64,000 bases of DNA from Clostridia bacterium (GTDB lineage: Bacteria; Bacillota; Clostridia; Christensenellales; SZUA-584). A model generated the notes under the pieces. That model saw nothing but the letters and a program-made list of their open reading frames with translations. It did not search any database and was not told where the DNA came from. A program made the position numbers and the translations under genes. Below are positions 22,561 to 32,851 of the stretch, piece after piece. Each line of letters starts with the position of its first letter. The first letter of the stretch is position 1. Location of the stretch: the NCBI GenBank assembly GCA_018648645.1, contig JABGQS010000004.1, forward strand, positions 8,976 through 72,975, read 5' to 3'.

Positions 22561-23019
22561 TTATATCTCTATATGTAATCGTACTATTGCTGTGTCTTTG
22601 TATGAAAATTCTTTTTCAGTATTCTCAATTTGTAGCACAAAACCATCATCATCAAATCTTAACAATTGACCTGTAGCTGATTTGCTTCCATCAACGGCGC
22701 GGTACAGCTTAACGTCAATCTGCTTGCCAATACTTCTTTCGTAGTCGGCCTGCTTCCTAAGCGGTCGGTCGAGCCCCGGAGAAGAAACGCATAAATAATA
22801 CCCTTCCTCTATTGGGTCGGCATCCTCTATTAGTGGATCAATCACACGACTGATTTTCTCACAGTCCTGCAGATCCAGTCCACCTTTCTTATCTACATAT
22901 ATAATCAGCTCGAACTCATCTGCGACTTTCTTAACTTCGGTATCGACATACTCGTACCCAAGCTCAGTAATTATTGGTAAGACGATGCGCTCTACAGCTG
23001 ATTCGATTCTTTTTGACAT
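22561..23019 (-). CDS. rimP: Ribosome maturation factor RimP
   Basis: DCEKISR and VSSPGLDRPL; first gene of the nusA operon. Confidence 0.95.
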   Translation of the reverse strand: MSKRIESAVERIVLPIITELGYEYVDTEVKKVADEFELIIYVDKKGGLDLQDCEKISRVIDPLIEDADPIEEGYYLCVSSPGLDRPLRKQADYERSIGKQIDVKLYRAVDGSKSATGQLLRFDDDGFVLQIENTEKEFSYKDTAIVRLHIEI

Positions 23020-23044
23020 TCAAAAAACTCCTGCCATACAAGTC

Positions 23045-23070
23045 AAAAGAGCGGGAAAACCCACTCTTCT
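23045..23070 (-). promoter_or_regulatory. rimP-leader-type hairpin/attenuator
   Basis: - strand AAGAGTGGG-TTTT-CCCGCTCTT-TT just upstream of rimP. A TTGCAC-17-TATTAT promoter candidate lies near 23096-23124. Confidence 0.7.
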
Positions 23071-23158
23071 CAATCAAAACACTTTCTGCTACAGAATAAT
23101 AACATATCGTATAAAAAAGTGCAAGTATTCAGGAGATTTTGTCAATAGAATAGATGCT

Positions 23159-24892
23159 TTAGCTAATTGTGGCCAGCGGCAGAGTTATTGTAAACTTAGT
23201 GCCGACTCCAAGCTTGCTCTCAACATCAATCTCACCGTTTTGAATATTAACAATATGATTAACGATAGAGAGCCCTAGACCAGTACCTCCTAGTGCGCGC
23301 GTTCTGCTTTTATCGACACGATAGAAGCGTTCAAAAAGTCTTGGTATGTCTTCCTTGCCGATTCCAATACCGGTGTCCTCAATCGTGATAATAGCTTTGT
23401 TATCTTTCTTAGTGAGACTGACAATGATTTTACCATTTTCCTTGTTATACTTTATCGCGTTACTTAATAAATTAATCATCATTTGATCAATACGGCTAAT
23501 TTTTGTAACAACCAAAACTTCTTCGCTCGGAACCGAAATAGTAATATCTATGTTCTTTTTGTCTGCCTCGATCTTAAGTAATTTGACACTGCTTTCGACT
23601 TCAAATCTAATATCCAATGTGCTGCTAGCAACAAAAGATTCTTGCTCTAACTTTGATAAAACCAGTATTTCATCTATCAGCTTTGACAGCCTGCTAGACT
23701 CCTGAGCAATTATATCAAGAAAGCGGTACGCATCATCTTTTGGGACTTTCTCAGTTCGCAGCGTTTCTATAAAACCGCTGATTACAGTTAGCGGGGTTAG
23801 AAGCTCATGAGAAACATTTGCTATAAATACTGTCTGCATGTTTTCAAGTCTACGTATTTGTGTAATATCCTCGGCCAAAATAATGACACCGTATAGAACA
23901 CCTTCGTTATGAACCGGTACTGCGTACACTCGTAATAGTATATTTTTCGATTTGCCTTCTATGGTTATCTCGTCACGAACCACGCCGCTTGCAAACATCG
24001 CTTTTCTAACAATAGATTTTAGTCCGGCATACTTTTGCATATCCAACGTCTTATCGTTCTTGCCTCTTTCCCTAAACAAAAACATCTCTATAGCAGCAGG
24101 ATTTGCCAAGGTAACAAACTCGTCAACGTCAAAAGTCAAAACACCCCCGGGTATTGCTTCAAGCACTGCATTTAATTGTGAGTTCTTCTCCGCCAGATCC
24201 TTGATATTGCTATTTTGCTTTGATACCATGTTCTTAATTGCGAGCGATAATGACTGAAATTCGTCACCTGTATAGTCAAGTGCAATGTCATTAGTATCAC
24301 CGGTCGAAACTCGCATTGCGTCATTCGTCAGCTTAATAATCGGATTTGTTATGCTTCGAGATACGAAAAGAGCTACAACCAAACACATTAATACCGCAAA
24401 AATAATTATAATGAAAAAGGGCAGCAGCACACTCATCGCAAGGAATTGAAAGCCACGCATGTGGGCGGAAGTTCTGATGATATAATCTTTTGTGGAGAGA
24501 ACTGCAACGTACATTCTTGCTTCTTGCATCGGCTCTACAAAACGTGTGTTAGTGCCATTGCCGAGCTCGATTGCATCAATAATTTCTGGCTTTGAAAGAA
24601 AATCAAGTTTTTCGACAGGGTAACCCTCCGTATTAATAATAACGGATCCGGACAAGTCGATAATTGTGAAACGCAAATCACCACTTGAGTCTATATAGTC
24701 TGTTAAACTTGCTAAATCATCAGAGCTTTGGATGAGACGACTTATCATTTTTGTTTCTCTTGTCAGATTATCCTCTGTATCCTGTCTGTATACATAGTTA
24801 AAATGAAACACTGCACCTGTAGCAGCAACAATTAAAATACACAAGAATAAAATGGTTATTTTAAATGCAATTTTCTTATATATACTATTCAT
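23159..24892 (-). CDS. PhoR-like sensor histidine kinase (2 TM, HAMP, PAS, HisKA, HATPase)
   Basis: FIANVSHELLTPLT, NLLSNAIKY, DTGIGI, FERFYRVDKSR and GGTGLGLSIV. Start moved to the ATG overlapping the regulator stop. Confidence 0.9.
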   Translation of the reverse strand: MNSIYKKIAFKITILFLCILIVAATGAVFHFNYVYRQDTEDNLTRETKMISRLIQSSDDLASLTDYIDSSGDLRFTIIDLSGSVIINTEGYPVEKLDFLSKPEIIDAIELGNGTNTRFVEPMQEARMYVAVLSTKDYIIRTSAHMRGFQFLAMSVLLPFFIIIIFAVLMCLVVALFVSRSITNPIIKLTNDAMRVSTGDTNDIALDYTGDEFQSLSLAIKNMVSKQNSNIKDLAEKNSQLNAVLEAIPGGVLTFDVDEFVTLANPAAIEMFLFRERGKNDKTLDMQKYAGLKSIVRKAMFASGVVRDEITIEGKSKNILLRVYAVPVHNEGVLYGVIILAEDITQIRRLENMQTVFIANVSHELLTPLTVISGFIETLRTEKVPKDDAYRFLDIIAQESSRLSKLIDEILVLSKLEQESFVASSTLDIRFEVESSVKLLKIEADKKNIDITISVPSEEVLVVTKISRIDQMMINLLSNAIKYNKENGKIIVSLTKKDNKAIITIEDTGIGIGKEDIPRLFERFYRVDKSRTRALGGTGLGLSIVNHIVNIQNGEIDVESKLGVGTKFTITLPLATIS

Positions 24893-25571
24893 CTTTGAAC
24901 CTATAGCCCACACCGCGTATGGTTTCAATGTTGTTGCCGTAGTCTTTTATTTTGCGGCGAATATTTGTAATGTGAACGTCAACTGTACGCGTTCCGCCGT
25001 AATACTTATAGCCCCAAACCTTATTTAATATGGCATCCCGTGTTAAAACTTTTTCTTTGTTGGATAGCAGCATTCTTAGCAACTCGAACTCTTTAAGAGT
25101 CATTTTTATTTCGATTTCCTCTATGAACACCTTGTAATTCCTGTTGTCGATTATTAAATCCTCATGTGCAATGTCTGTCATTGTTAGGTGCGCGTCCACA
25201 GCTGTCCTTCGCAAGTTGGCCTTTATTCTTGCAGAAAGCTCTCGCACGCCGAAAGGTTTCGTAATATAGTCATCTGCGCCAAGTTCAAGTCCGACAATTT
25301 TGTCAATCTCTTCAGATTTTGCAGTCACAATAATAACAGGAATGTCTCCGAACTCATGCATAAGGCGAATCTTCTTTAAAACTGCAAGACCGTCTATACC
25401 GGGCAGCATTTGGTCAAGTAATATTATATCCGGTTTTTCGGCAACCAACAGCTCAATAGCCTTTTCACCGGTGTCCGCAAGAATAACTTCATAGCCGTCA
25501 TGCTTTAAATTGTAGTCTAGCAGCTCGAGAATGTTAGGTTCGTCGTCTACAACCAATACTTTTTTATTCAC
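24885..25571 (-). CDS. OmpR/PhoB-family response regulator (PhoP-like)
   Basis: VVDDE, LLDQMLP, GADDYITKPF and RTVDVHI; GTG start with AAGGAG RBS. Confidence 0.93.
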   Translation of the reverse strand: MNKKVLVVDDEPNILELLDYNLKHDGYEVILADTGEKAIELLVAEKPDIILLDQMLPGIDGLAVLKKIRLMHEFGDIPVIIVTAKSEEIDKIVGLELGADDYITKPFGVRELSARIKANLRRTAVDAHLTMTDIAHEDLIIDNRNYKVFIEEIEIKMTLKEFELLRMLLSNKEKVLTRDAILNKVWGYKYYGGTRTVDVHITNIRRKIKDYGNNIETIRGVGYRFKDE

Positions 25572-26400
25572 AATTAGCTCCTTGCTGATTAATTTGAATA
25601 ACTGCGGCCATTGCACCTGTTTCGCCATTGTCTCTTCGGTGTGAAAAGAAGAGGCGTCGGTGCTCGTATGTACACAAATCTGACAAAGTTATGTTGCCGC
25701 TTGGAATCCCGGCTTCCAGCATATCAATCACACATGCCTTTGGTAAATCCAGATACGTCTTTGAACCCCGATACTGCAAAACATCTGCGCCAAACGTGGT
25801 CTCAAACACGCCGGACACATCTTGCTGCACTTCGAAATGAGCTGCGCTGATGCATGGACCGACAGCGCAAAGGATGTTTTTGGCAGCGCTGCCGAGGTTC
25901 TCGAGCACGGTAATCGCTTCCTTAATAATGTGCAATGAGACACCCTTCCATCCTGCGTGACAAATTGCTGCAGCTTTGCGCACAGGGTCATAAAAAAACA
26001 AAGGAGCGCAATCGGCATGGTACGTAATAAGCGGAAGCGCAGTTTCGTCTGTGTAAAGTCCGTCACAAAAAACAGGCAGATCGTCTTGTGTTATGCCGCT
26101 TCCAGAGTCGGACCATCTAGCTTGATATAACGAAGCACCATGCTCATACTTGTTTGCTATAGCGCTCTTATACTCAAACCTCGCAGAGGCACCGAAACGT
26201 TGCATGTTCTTTAGAAAGTTATCTTTGTTTTGCTCTCTTGCTTGACTGAAGTTTAAAGTGTTGTATGGTCGCGGGCTTACACCGCCGACTCGGCTTGCCA
26301 TAGCGCACGTTACACTACCGGCACGCTGAAACGAAGGTATAGTAAAAAACCTGACGCCCCTTTTTTTCCATAGCGTAAAACCGTGGTTGATTTCACTCAT
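25564..26400 (-). CDS. pgeF: PgeF/YlmD (YfiH, laccase-domain) family protein
   Basis: ADCAPL, HAGWKG, GPCIS and FFSHRR. Confidence 0.92.
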   Translation of the reverse strand: MSEINHGFTLWKKRGVRFFTIPSFQRAGSVTCAMASRVGGVSPRPYNTLNFSQAREQNKDNFLKNMQRFGASARFEYKSAIANKYEHGASLYQARWSDSGSGITQDDLPVFCDGLYTDETALPLITYHADCAPLFFYDPVRKAAAICHAGWKGVSLHIIKEAITVLENLGSAAKNILCAVGPCISAAHFEVQQDVSGVFETTFGADVLQYRGSKTYLDLPKACVIDMLEAGIPSGNITLSDLCTYEHRRLFFSHRRDNGETGAMAAVIQINQQGANCE

Positions 26401-26856
26401 TTATTTTTCTTCCAAAATGTTTAGCAGTTCTTTCATGAAGGTGTCGACATCCTTAAAGTCCTTGTATACTGACGCGAAACGTACATATGCAACGTCGTCC
26501 AAGTCCTTAAGACCTTTCATGACAAGCTCGCCAATCTCATTTGATGTGATTTCCTGCCGCAATGAGTTGAATATCGACTTTTCAATCGAATCAACAAGGG
26601 CTTCTATCTCGTGTATTGATACCGGCCGCTTTTCACATGCCTTGATTAGCCCAAACTTGATTTTGTCCGAGTTGTACGGAACTCTTTCTCCGTCCTTTTT
26701 GACAACAAGCAAAGGTAAACTGTCAAATTTCTCGTACGTCGTAAATCTCTTTTTGCATACAAGACATTCTCTGCGTCTGCGAATCGAGCTTCCTTCGTCA
26801 GTTGGTCTCGAGTCGACTACTTTGCTGTCCAGATGACCACAATAAACACATTTCAT
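26401..26856 (-). CDS. nrdR: Transcriptional repressor NrdR
   Basis: MKCxYC...VVDSR...RRRRECxxCxKRFTTYE, ATP cone and AYVRFASVY. Confidence 0.98.
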   Translation of the reverse strand: MKCVYCGHLDSKVVDSRPTDEGSSIRRRRECLVCKKRFTTYEKFDSLPLLVVKKDGERVPYNSDKIKFGLIKACEKRPVSIHEIEALVDSIEKSIFNSLRQEITSNEIGELVMKGLKDLDDVAYVRFASVYKDFKDVDTFMKELLNILEEK

Positions 26857-27012
26857 AACATGCCCCTTATTATTTTATGTTTCTATTATAACATAGAAAT
26901 TATGAAATACAATTTATTCCTAATAAATATATACGCTAAAAACAAGCTTTATTGATAAAACAGCTAATTTTTATAGCTTTCAATAAGTGTATGTGCTATT
27001 TCATGAAGTCGA

Positions 27013-27894
27013 TTACTTTTCTCGTGAAAGCAGAACTTGTGCCAAAGCGCTAAGTTCACCAGCTTTGCTGCCAAAGACGGACAGTGCCGCAATTGCCTGT
27101 TGCGTTTTGTCTGCTGCAAGACGTTTTGATTCCTCAATTCCGTGCTGAGATACGTAAGTTTGCTTGTCGGCTTCGCTGTCCTTGTGCAAAGTTTTGCCAA
27201 CTTTGAGTTGGTCGCCCTGCACGTCCAGTATGTCGTCTACAATCTGGAACACCAGCCCAATGCATTCACCGTACTCAGATAGAGAATCAATCTGCAGAGC
27301 GCTTGCACCAAACAACACCGCGCCGGATAAAACAGAAGCGCGGATCATGGCCGCTGTTTTGCGTTTGTGTATGTATTCGAGAACGACATAGTCTTTCTCC
27401 TTGCCTTCGAATGCGATGTCGGCAACCTGCCCCGCTATCATTCCGTTTACGCCTGACGCATTTGCGATGATTTGCATGGCAGAAAGATAGTTATTTAGGT
27501 TGTCTTTGTTGCAAAGAGCATCGCCAATCATAACCTCGAATGCGAGGTTCAGCAGTCCGTCTCCGGCGAGGATGGCATTTGCTTCACCAAAGACAACGTG
27601 GCTGGTAGGTTTGCCGCGGCGAAGAGTGTCGTTGTCCATGGCAGGCAAATCATCGTGAATCAACGAATATGTGTGTATCATCTCGAGCGCGCAGGCGAAG
27701 TCAATTGCCTTGTGTTGGTCACCGAAAAGTGCTGCAGACATCAAACATAGTGACGGGCGCAGACGTTTGCCGCCTGCCATCAAGCTGTAGCTCATCGCTT
27801 CTTTAAGCTCGCCGTCCGCGCATCGCTCATCTAGCAGCACAAGCAAACGTGTATTAATTAAATTGCTATGCTCCTTTAGCCGTTCTTCAATCAC
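27013..27894 (-). CDS. ispA: Polyprenyl (farnesyl) diphosphate synthase
   Basis: GGKRLRP, HDDLPAMDND..RRG and FQIVDDILD. Confidence 0.93.
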   Translation of the reverse strand: MIEERLKEHSNLINTRLLVLLDERCADGELKEAMSYSLMAGGKRLRPSLCLMSAALFGDQHKAIDFACALEMIHTYSLIHDDLPAMDNDTLRRGKPTSHVVFGEANAILAGDGLLNLAFEVMIGDALCNKDNLNNYLSAMQIIANASGVNGMIAGQVADIAFEGKEKDYVVLEYIHKRKTAAMIRASVLSGAVLFGASALQIDSLSEYGECIGLVFQIVDDILDVQGDQLKVGKTLHKDSEADKQTYVSQHGIEESKRLAADKTQQAIAALSVFGSKAGELSALAQVLLSREK

Positions 27895-28082
27895 TTCTCG
27901 CTCTCCTCTATATCAAGTATCTCGATTTTCGATTTATAGGTGTCGAGTTTTTTCTCGAGCTCGTCAGCCAGCTTAACTCCCTGCTCGTACAGCTCCATGC
28001 TTTTTTCTATGCCTTCGCTGCCAGATTGAAGCTTGCCTGATATTTGCTCCAGTTTTTTTAAATCGCTTTCAAATGTAGCCAT
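27891..28082 (-). CDS. xseB: Exodeoxyribonuclease VII small subunit
   Basis: FESDLKKLEQI...SMELYEQG; follows xseA. Confidence 0.9.
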   Translation of the reverse strand: MATFESDLKKLEQISGKLQSGSEGIEKSMELYEQGVKLADELEKKLDTYKSKIEILDIEESEK

Positions 28083-28084
28083 AA

Positions 28085-29272
28085 TCAATCCTTCCTGGTT
28101 ACCGCAACTCTGCCGTCATTAAACTCGATGTCCATGTTCTGCTGGTTTCCTTTGGCAGAAGTTATTATACTGCCGTTTTCGTCATAGACGAGCGCATAAC
28201 CTCTATTTAACACTCCTTTTGGGTTTAGATCAGTGAGACTGTTTGACAACTTGTCTAGTGTTAGGTTAAATTTTTCTATTGAAGAAGTAAGGTACAATTT
28301 CATCATACTTTTCTGCGAAGTAATTTTCTGCGAAACCCCGGAGATTTTTATGTTGAACGGATACGATTTCACGTTACCTTGAAGAAGCTTAAGTGCGCTG
28401 TCACTCGTATCAATCATAGTTTTAAGCGTGGTGAAAAGTTGCTTCTTGTAATCCTGCACGTATTGCAGTACAGCGCTTTTGTCAGACACAACAAGCTCTG
28501 CCGCGGCAGAAGGCGTTGGCGCACGCAGATCCGCTGCCATGTCGCAGAGCGAGAAGTCGGTTTCGTGCCCTACTGCCGAAACGATAGGGATTTGCGAGTC
28601 AAATACGGCTCTGGCTACGATTTCTTCATTGAACACAAACAGGTCTTCGAACGAGCCGCCGCCGCGTCCGACGATGATTACGTCTACGTCGCCCTTTTCA
28701 TTGAAATAGTCGATACCGGCGCAAATTTGTGTTGCTGCACCTGCGCCTTGCACCTTGGACGGATAAACGCTGATGTGGACGCCGTCGAACCGTCGTGTTG
28801 ACACGTTGATGATATCATGAACAGCGGCACCTGCCGCAGAAGTTACCACACCTATATGAAGCGGAAACTGCGGAATCGGCTTTTTGTGTATCGCGTCAAA
28901 AATGCCTTCTTCAATCAGCTTAGCTTTGGTCTGCTCGAACTTCACATACAAATCACCTTTGCCCTGCGGCTCTGCAAGCGATACCGCCAACTGTATGCTG
29001 CCGCTTTTTTTAAAGTATGTGACTTTTCCCTTTGCTTCTATCAGCTCTCCGTCTTTAACGGCTTCCGTGTTTTCGTTGCTGTGATAATCGTATACGATGC
29101 AGCTGAGCATACCGCTGTCGTCCTTTAGCGAGAAAAATGCATGACCGGTCGACGACATGCTGAAGTTGGTCACTTCGCCCATCACCAACACGTTGCTTAG
29201 GAATAAGTCGGTGTATAATTTTTTGCTTATGTACTCATTGATTTGTGATACGCTGAATACAATATCAGCCAT
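28085..29272 (-). CDS. xseA: Exodeoxyribonuclease VII large subunit
   Basis: GRGGGSFEDL, SAVGHETD and RAPTPSAAAE. Confidence 0.96.
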   Translation of the reverse strand: MADIVFSVSQINEYISKKLYTDLFLSNVLVMGEVTNFSMSSTGHAFFSLKDDSGMLSCIVYDYHSNENTEAVKDGELIEAKGKVTYFKKSGSIQLAVSLAEPQGKGDLYVKFEQTKAKLIEEGIFDAIHKKPIPQFPLHIGVVTSAAGAAVHDIINVSTRRFDGVHISVYPSKVQGAGAATQICAGIDYFNEKGDVDVIIVGRGGGSFEDLFVFNEEIVARAVFDSQIPIVSAVGHETDFSLCDMAADLRAPTPSAAAELVVSDKSAVLQYVQDYKKQLFTTLKTMIDTSDSALKLLQGNVKSYPFNIKISGVSQKITSQKSMMKLYLTSSIEKFNLTLDKLSNSLTDLNPKGVLNRGYALVYDENGSIITSAKGNQQNMDIEFNDGRVAVTRKD

Positions 29273-30104
29273 GTATTTTCGCCGCCTCCACAGTATTTTC
29301 GAGCAGCATTGTGATAGTCATAGGACCAACGCCGCCCGGCACAGGAGTAATGAACGCAGCCTTCTTCTCGGCTTCACTGAACAGCACATCGCCTTTCAGC
29401 TTTCCGTCTACTCTGCTTGTGCCTACGTCAATTACGATAGCGCCTTGCTTTACATACTCGCCTGTAATCATCTCGGGGCGACCGATTGCCGCAACGAGGA
29501 TGTCTGCACCTGCGCATACTTTGGCGAGGTCTCTAGTGCGCGAGTGGCACATAGTGACCGTCGCGTTTTGCTCCATCAGCAGCATGGATACGGGTTTGCC
29601 GACGATGTTGCTTCGCCCGACAACTACTGCGGTTTTGCCCGTTATATCTATGCCGGTGCTTTTAATCAGCGTGATTATTCCTTTTGCTGTGCAAGCGACA
29701 AAGCCTTTTTCGCCAACGAACAGTTTGCCAGCGTTGATGACGTGGAAACCGTCTACGTCTTTGTCGGGGTTGATTGCGCGAAGTATTGCCATTTCGTCGA
29801 TATGATTCGGAAGCGGAAGCTGTACTAAAATGCCGTGTATTTTGTCGTCGGTGTTGAGACGCTCGACAAGCGATAGAAGCGTTTCCTGTGTGGTTGCCGC
29901 GTCCAGCCTGTGCACTTCTGAGTAGAGTCCTGTATCTGTGCATGCTTGCTCTTTATAGCGAACGTATATGGCTGATGCGGGGTCATCACCGACAAGCACA
30001 ACGGCTAATCCGGGCGTAATGCCCTCTTCTTTTAACTTTGCTACTTTCTCGGTTAATCCCAGTCTGATTTGACCTGATATTGCTTTTCCATCAATTATGC
30101 TCAC
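29265..30104 (-). CDS. folD: Methylene-THF dehydrogenase/cyclohydrolase
   Basis: GILVQLPLP, KDVDGFH, GRSNIVGKP and PVPGGVGPMT; GTG start chosen. Confidence 0.97.
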   Translation of the reverse strand: MSIIDGKAISGQIRLGLTEKVAKLKEEGITPGLAVVLVGDDPASAIYVRYKEQACTDTGLYSEVHRLDAATTQETLLSLVERLNTDDKIHGILVQLPLPNHIDEMAILRAINPDKDVDGFHVINAGKLFVGEKGFVACTAKGIITLIKSTGIDITGKTAVVVGRSNIVGKPVSMLLMEQNATVTMCHSRTRDLAKVCAGADILVAAIGRPEMITGEYVKQGAIVIDVGTSRVDGKLKGDVLFSEAEKKAAFITPVPGGVGPMTITMLLENTVEAAKIHG

Positions 30105-30105
30105 G

Positions 30106-31029
30106 TTATTCTCCCTTGTTATATATAATTTGAGTACCCAGCGCAACACCACACGCGTTATCACTGCAATACATTTTATCTGTCATAATGCATTCTGCCG
30201 TTATGTCAGTGCAAGTTTTATTAACTGCTTCTCGTATTACATTGTTGCACATCACACCGCCGGTAAAAATGTACTTATCCATATCAGCGTTTCGAATCAG
30301 CTGCGATAGCGTTTCTGCAACGCAGTCGATTACGCCGCTGCAAACACTTGCAATATCGCGCCCGCCAGATAATGCTTGCAGGCTTTGCGTTTCTGCACCC
30401 GAAAGGTTTGTGTACAATCCGTCAACATTTACTGCGAAACTCTCGTCGTTGCTGACGTACATGCTTTCCATTTGCTTGCCGGACGGAAACGTCAGCCCTG
30501 CCGCAACGCCTACTCTGTCGATGAGCTGTCCGCAGGTTATGTCGAGCGTACCGCCGATTTTTTCGATGCTTGTGATTTTACCTTCGATTTCTACTTTCAG
30601 CAAGTCCAAAGTACCGCCAGAAACGTGGAATGCGCAATATGTTTCGTCCTTAATTTTGCCGGTGACAAACGCGCTGTATATGTGACCGTGCTGATGCGTT
30701 AGCGGAATTGCCTTCACACCCATCGTAGATGCAATAGACACTGCAAGTGATTCGCCAACGCAGAATACCGGCATGTATGAGTCAGCACGCTCGCAAGGTT
30801 TAGCGCTGTAGCCGACCGCTGAAATCCTACTATGCTCAAAATCTAAAAAAAGCTGTTTCGCATTCTTAATGTGAGCAAAAACAGCTTCTGATTGGCGCAG
30901 ACCTCTGCTGCCCTTTGGCACATTTAACATGATGCGCTTATCCGCAATCACTTTGCCTTCGCTTACGAGCGCGATTGATGTGGTGTACGCGCTTGTGTCG
31001 ATTGCAAGAAAGCACGGTTTAGGCTTCAT
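30106..31029 (-). CDS. Divergent TsaD/Kae1-family (ASKHA) protein, function uncertain
   Basis: IDTSAYTTS, HQHGH (HxxxH), VSGGT, GQLIDRVG, GGV and SDNA. Confidence 0.75.
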   Translation of the reverse strand: MKPKPCFLAIDTSAYTTSIALVSEGKVIADKRIMLNVPKGSRGLRQSEAVFAHIKNAKQLFLDFEHSRISAVGYSAKPCERADSYMPVFCVGESLAVSIASTMGVKAIPLTHQHGHIYSAFVTGKIKDETYCAFHVSGGTLDLLKVEIEGKITSIEKIGGTLDITCGQLIDRVGVAAGLTFPSGKQMESMYVSNDESFAVNVDGLYTNLSGAETQSLQALSGGRDIASVCSGVIDCVAETLSQLIRNADMDKYIFTGGVMCNNVIREAVNKTCTDITAECIMTDKMYCSDNACGVALGTQIIYNKGE

Positions 31030-31474
31030 CTTTGCTTTCCTCTACAGCCTGCTGCCTATCTTTTGCAACGTTGATTGATTTTGATATCGCGCCGAGCACG
31101 CCGTTTACAAAACGCGATGATTTTGTGGAAGCGTATTTTTTTGCTAGCTCTACACACTCGTTCATCGTAATGCTTTCGTGAATGTCATCGCAATACAAAA
31201 GCTCTGTAGTGCCTAGCCTCAAAATAGAAAGCTCTACCTTTGCCATATGGTTGATTTTCCAACCGGTCGAATTTGCCTCTACAATGGTGTCAACTGACTC
31301 AATGTTCGCTTGGTACTTTTCCAATACGTCAGAAACGTAGCTCCAAGCATTCTCATTCATTCCTTTATCAAAACAATCCCGCATGATGTCCTTCGTTGCG
31401 GGATTGAACTCGCCGACTGTAGAATACTCAAAAAACAGTCTAAACGCAGTGTCTCTTGCCGACCTTCTGCTCAA
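31019..31474 (-). CDS. nusB: Transcription antitermination factor NusB
   Basis: RRSARD, ILRLG, NECVELAKKY and FVNGVLG. Confidence 0.95.
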   Translation of the reverse strand: MSRRSARDTAFRLFFEYSTVGEFNPATKDIMRDCFDKGMNENAWSYVSDVLEKYQANIESVDTIVEANSTGWKINHMAKVELSILRLGTTELLYCDDIHESITMNECVELAKKYASTKSSRFVNGVLGAISKSINVAKDRQQAVEESKDEA

Positions 31475-31485
31475 TTTGTCCTCCT

Positions 31486-31719
31486 CTATTTGAAAATATC
31501 AGGCAGTATTTTGTCCAATATCGCAAATAGTTTTTTCTTAAATTTGTTGTTCGACCCAAAGAACGCGCCTATACCCGCACAAATAGCAATCAGAAGCGTT
31601 GCAAAAAAACCGATTGTAAGCAACAGAATACCGACAAGCAGCCCTAGGCTTATGCCGATAATCACGCCTTTGTGGGCTTTGAAGAATTTCAAAAACCCAT
31701 TTTCCTTTTTGTCAGCCAC
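31486..31719 (-). CDS. Small two-TM membrane protein (DUF2273-like)
   Basis: Hydrophobic helices with a GFFATL pattern; lies between amaP-like and nusB. Confidence 0.7.
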   Translation of the reverse strand: MADKKENGFLKFFKAHKGVIIGISLGLLVGILLLTIGFFATLLIAICAGIGAFFGSNNKFKKKLFAILDKILPDIFK

Positions 31720-32264
31720 TATTCTACACGCGCCTTTACAACTTGCGCGGTTTTCTCGACCAGCAGAACGATTTTGCCGACCTCTACACCCGCGTAGGTC
31801 TCGATCTCTTGCTTCGTGCTGGCTTGAAGCGATTGCAAAACCTCGGGTATGTTAGTGCCCTCCGCTACGGCAAGCTTTACAGTCAAGTTCACTTTAGCTT
31901 CTTTTGAAGATACACCGACTTTAGCGTTTTTGATTAGGTCGTTGGCAAGGATGTGTTTTGATGCCATCTCTTCAATTGCGCTTAATGAAATAGAAATCGC
32001 TCCCGTGCCTGTCTGCGTAATAAGCGCAGACTTTGCTTCACGCTTTCGCGAACGCGCGAACATGAGCGTAAAGCAAACTGCAATTACAATGATACAAATC
32101 GTGGAAACGATAACCTGCGTCCACACATTGGAGTAAAGCTCGAAAGTCCACGCATGCGGATAGCTGATGTCGATTATGTTCCAAGCGCCGAAAAGCAGTA
32201 TCACTGCAATAAACAGCATACATAGCAAAAATAGCGTCAAAAGGATTCTCATAAAAATACGCAT
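31719..32264 (-). CDS. Alkaline shock response membrane anchor AmaP-like protein
   Basis: Two N-terminal TM helices plus GAISIS...QEIETYAGV, an Asp23-like domain; next to asp23. Confidence 0.75.
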   Translation of the reverse strand: MRIFMRILLTLFLLCMLFIAVILLFGAWNIIDISYPHAWTFELYSNVWTQVIVSTICIIVIAVCFTLMFARSRKREAKSALITQTGTGAISISLSAIEEMASKHILANDLIKNAKVGVSSKEAKVNLTVKLAVAEGTNIPEVLQSLQASTKQEIETYAGVEVGKIVLLVEKTAQVVKARVE

Positions 32265-32315
32265 ATTGTCCTCCGTATATTAGTAATTAAAACAAGTCAT
32301 CTGACAAACAAGGAG

Positions 32316-32711
32316 CTAATGAACCCGTTTGTCTTCTTCCTTTTTCTCTTTGTCAATGTGTACACCCTGAATGTGGACGTTTGTTTCGATTACTCTAAGC
32401 CCGGTCATCGTCTCGACAGCTTTTTTAACGTTTGCCTGAATCTTCTTGCACATAGCAGGAATATCGCTGCCGTAGTCTACGACAACGTACAGGTCAATCG
32501 CGCATTCTTCTTTGCCGACCTCGACCTTAACGCCTTTTGTCAGGTTTTTGCGACCCAAAAGCTCTGCAAGACCGCCGGAAAAACCGCCGCTCATACCGGC
32601 AACGCCTTCGATTTCTACTGTAGCAAGCCCGGCGATTGTAGCGACTACGTCGTTAGCAAACGAAACGTTACCATGCTGCTCTTCTCTTGTGTTTATATTA
32701 TTTGTGCTCAA
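32316..32711 (-). CDS. Asp23/Gls24 family envelope stress protein
   Basis: DVVATIAGLA, KGVKVEV and VETMTGL; TTG start after GAGGTG. Confidence 0.92.
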   Translation of the reverse strand: MSTNNINTREEQHGNVSFANDVVATIAGLATVEIEGVAGMSGGFSGGLAELLGRKNLTKGVKVEVGKEECAIDLYVVVDYGSDIPAMCKKIQANVKKAVETMTGLRVIETNVHIQGVHIDKEKKEEDKRVH

Positions 32712-32741
32712 ACATCTCACCTCTTCTTAAAGATATCCTAA

Positions 32742-32770
32742 TTATAACAGAATGTTGTGCTAAAAACAAT
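32742..32770 (-). promoter_or_regulatory. SigA promoter candidate for the asp23-nusB operon
   Basis: - strand TTGTTT-17-TATAAT with an extended TG. Confidence 0.55.
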
Positions 32771-32851
32771 CTTACATTCTTTAATAAACTATTAATGATG
32801 AAGTCTAGTTCTTACCTTTTAACGTTGCCTATAACGAAATGTTATAGTAAA

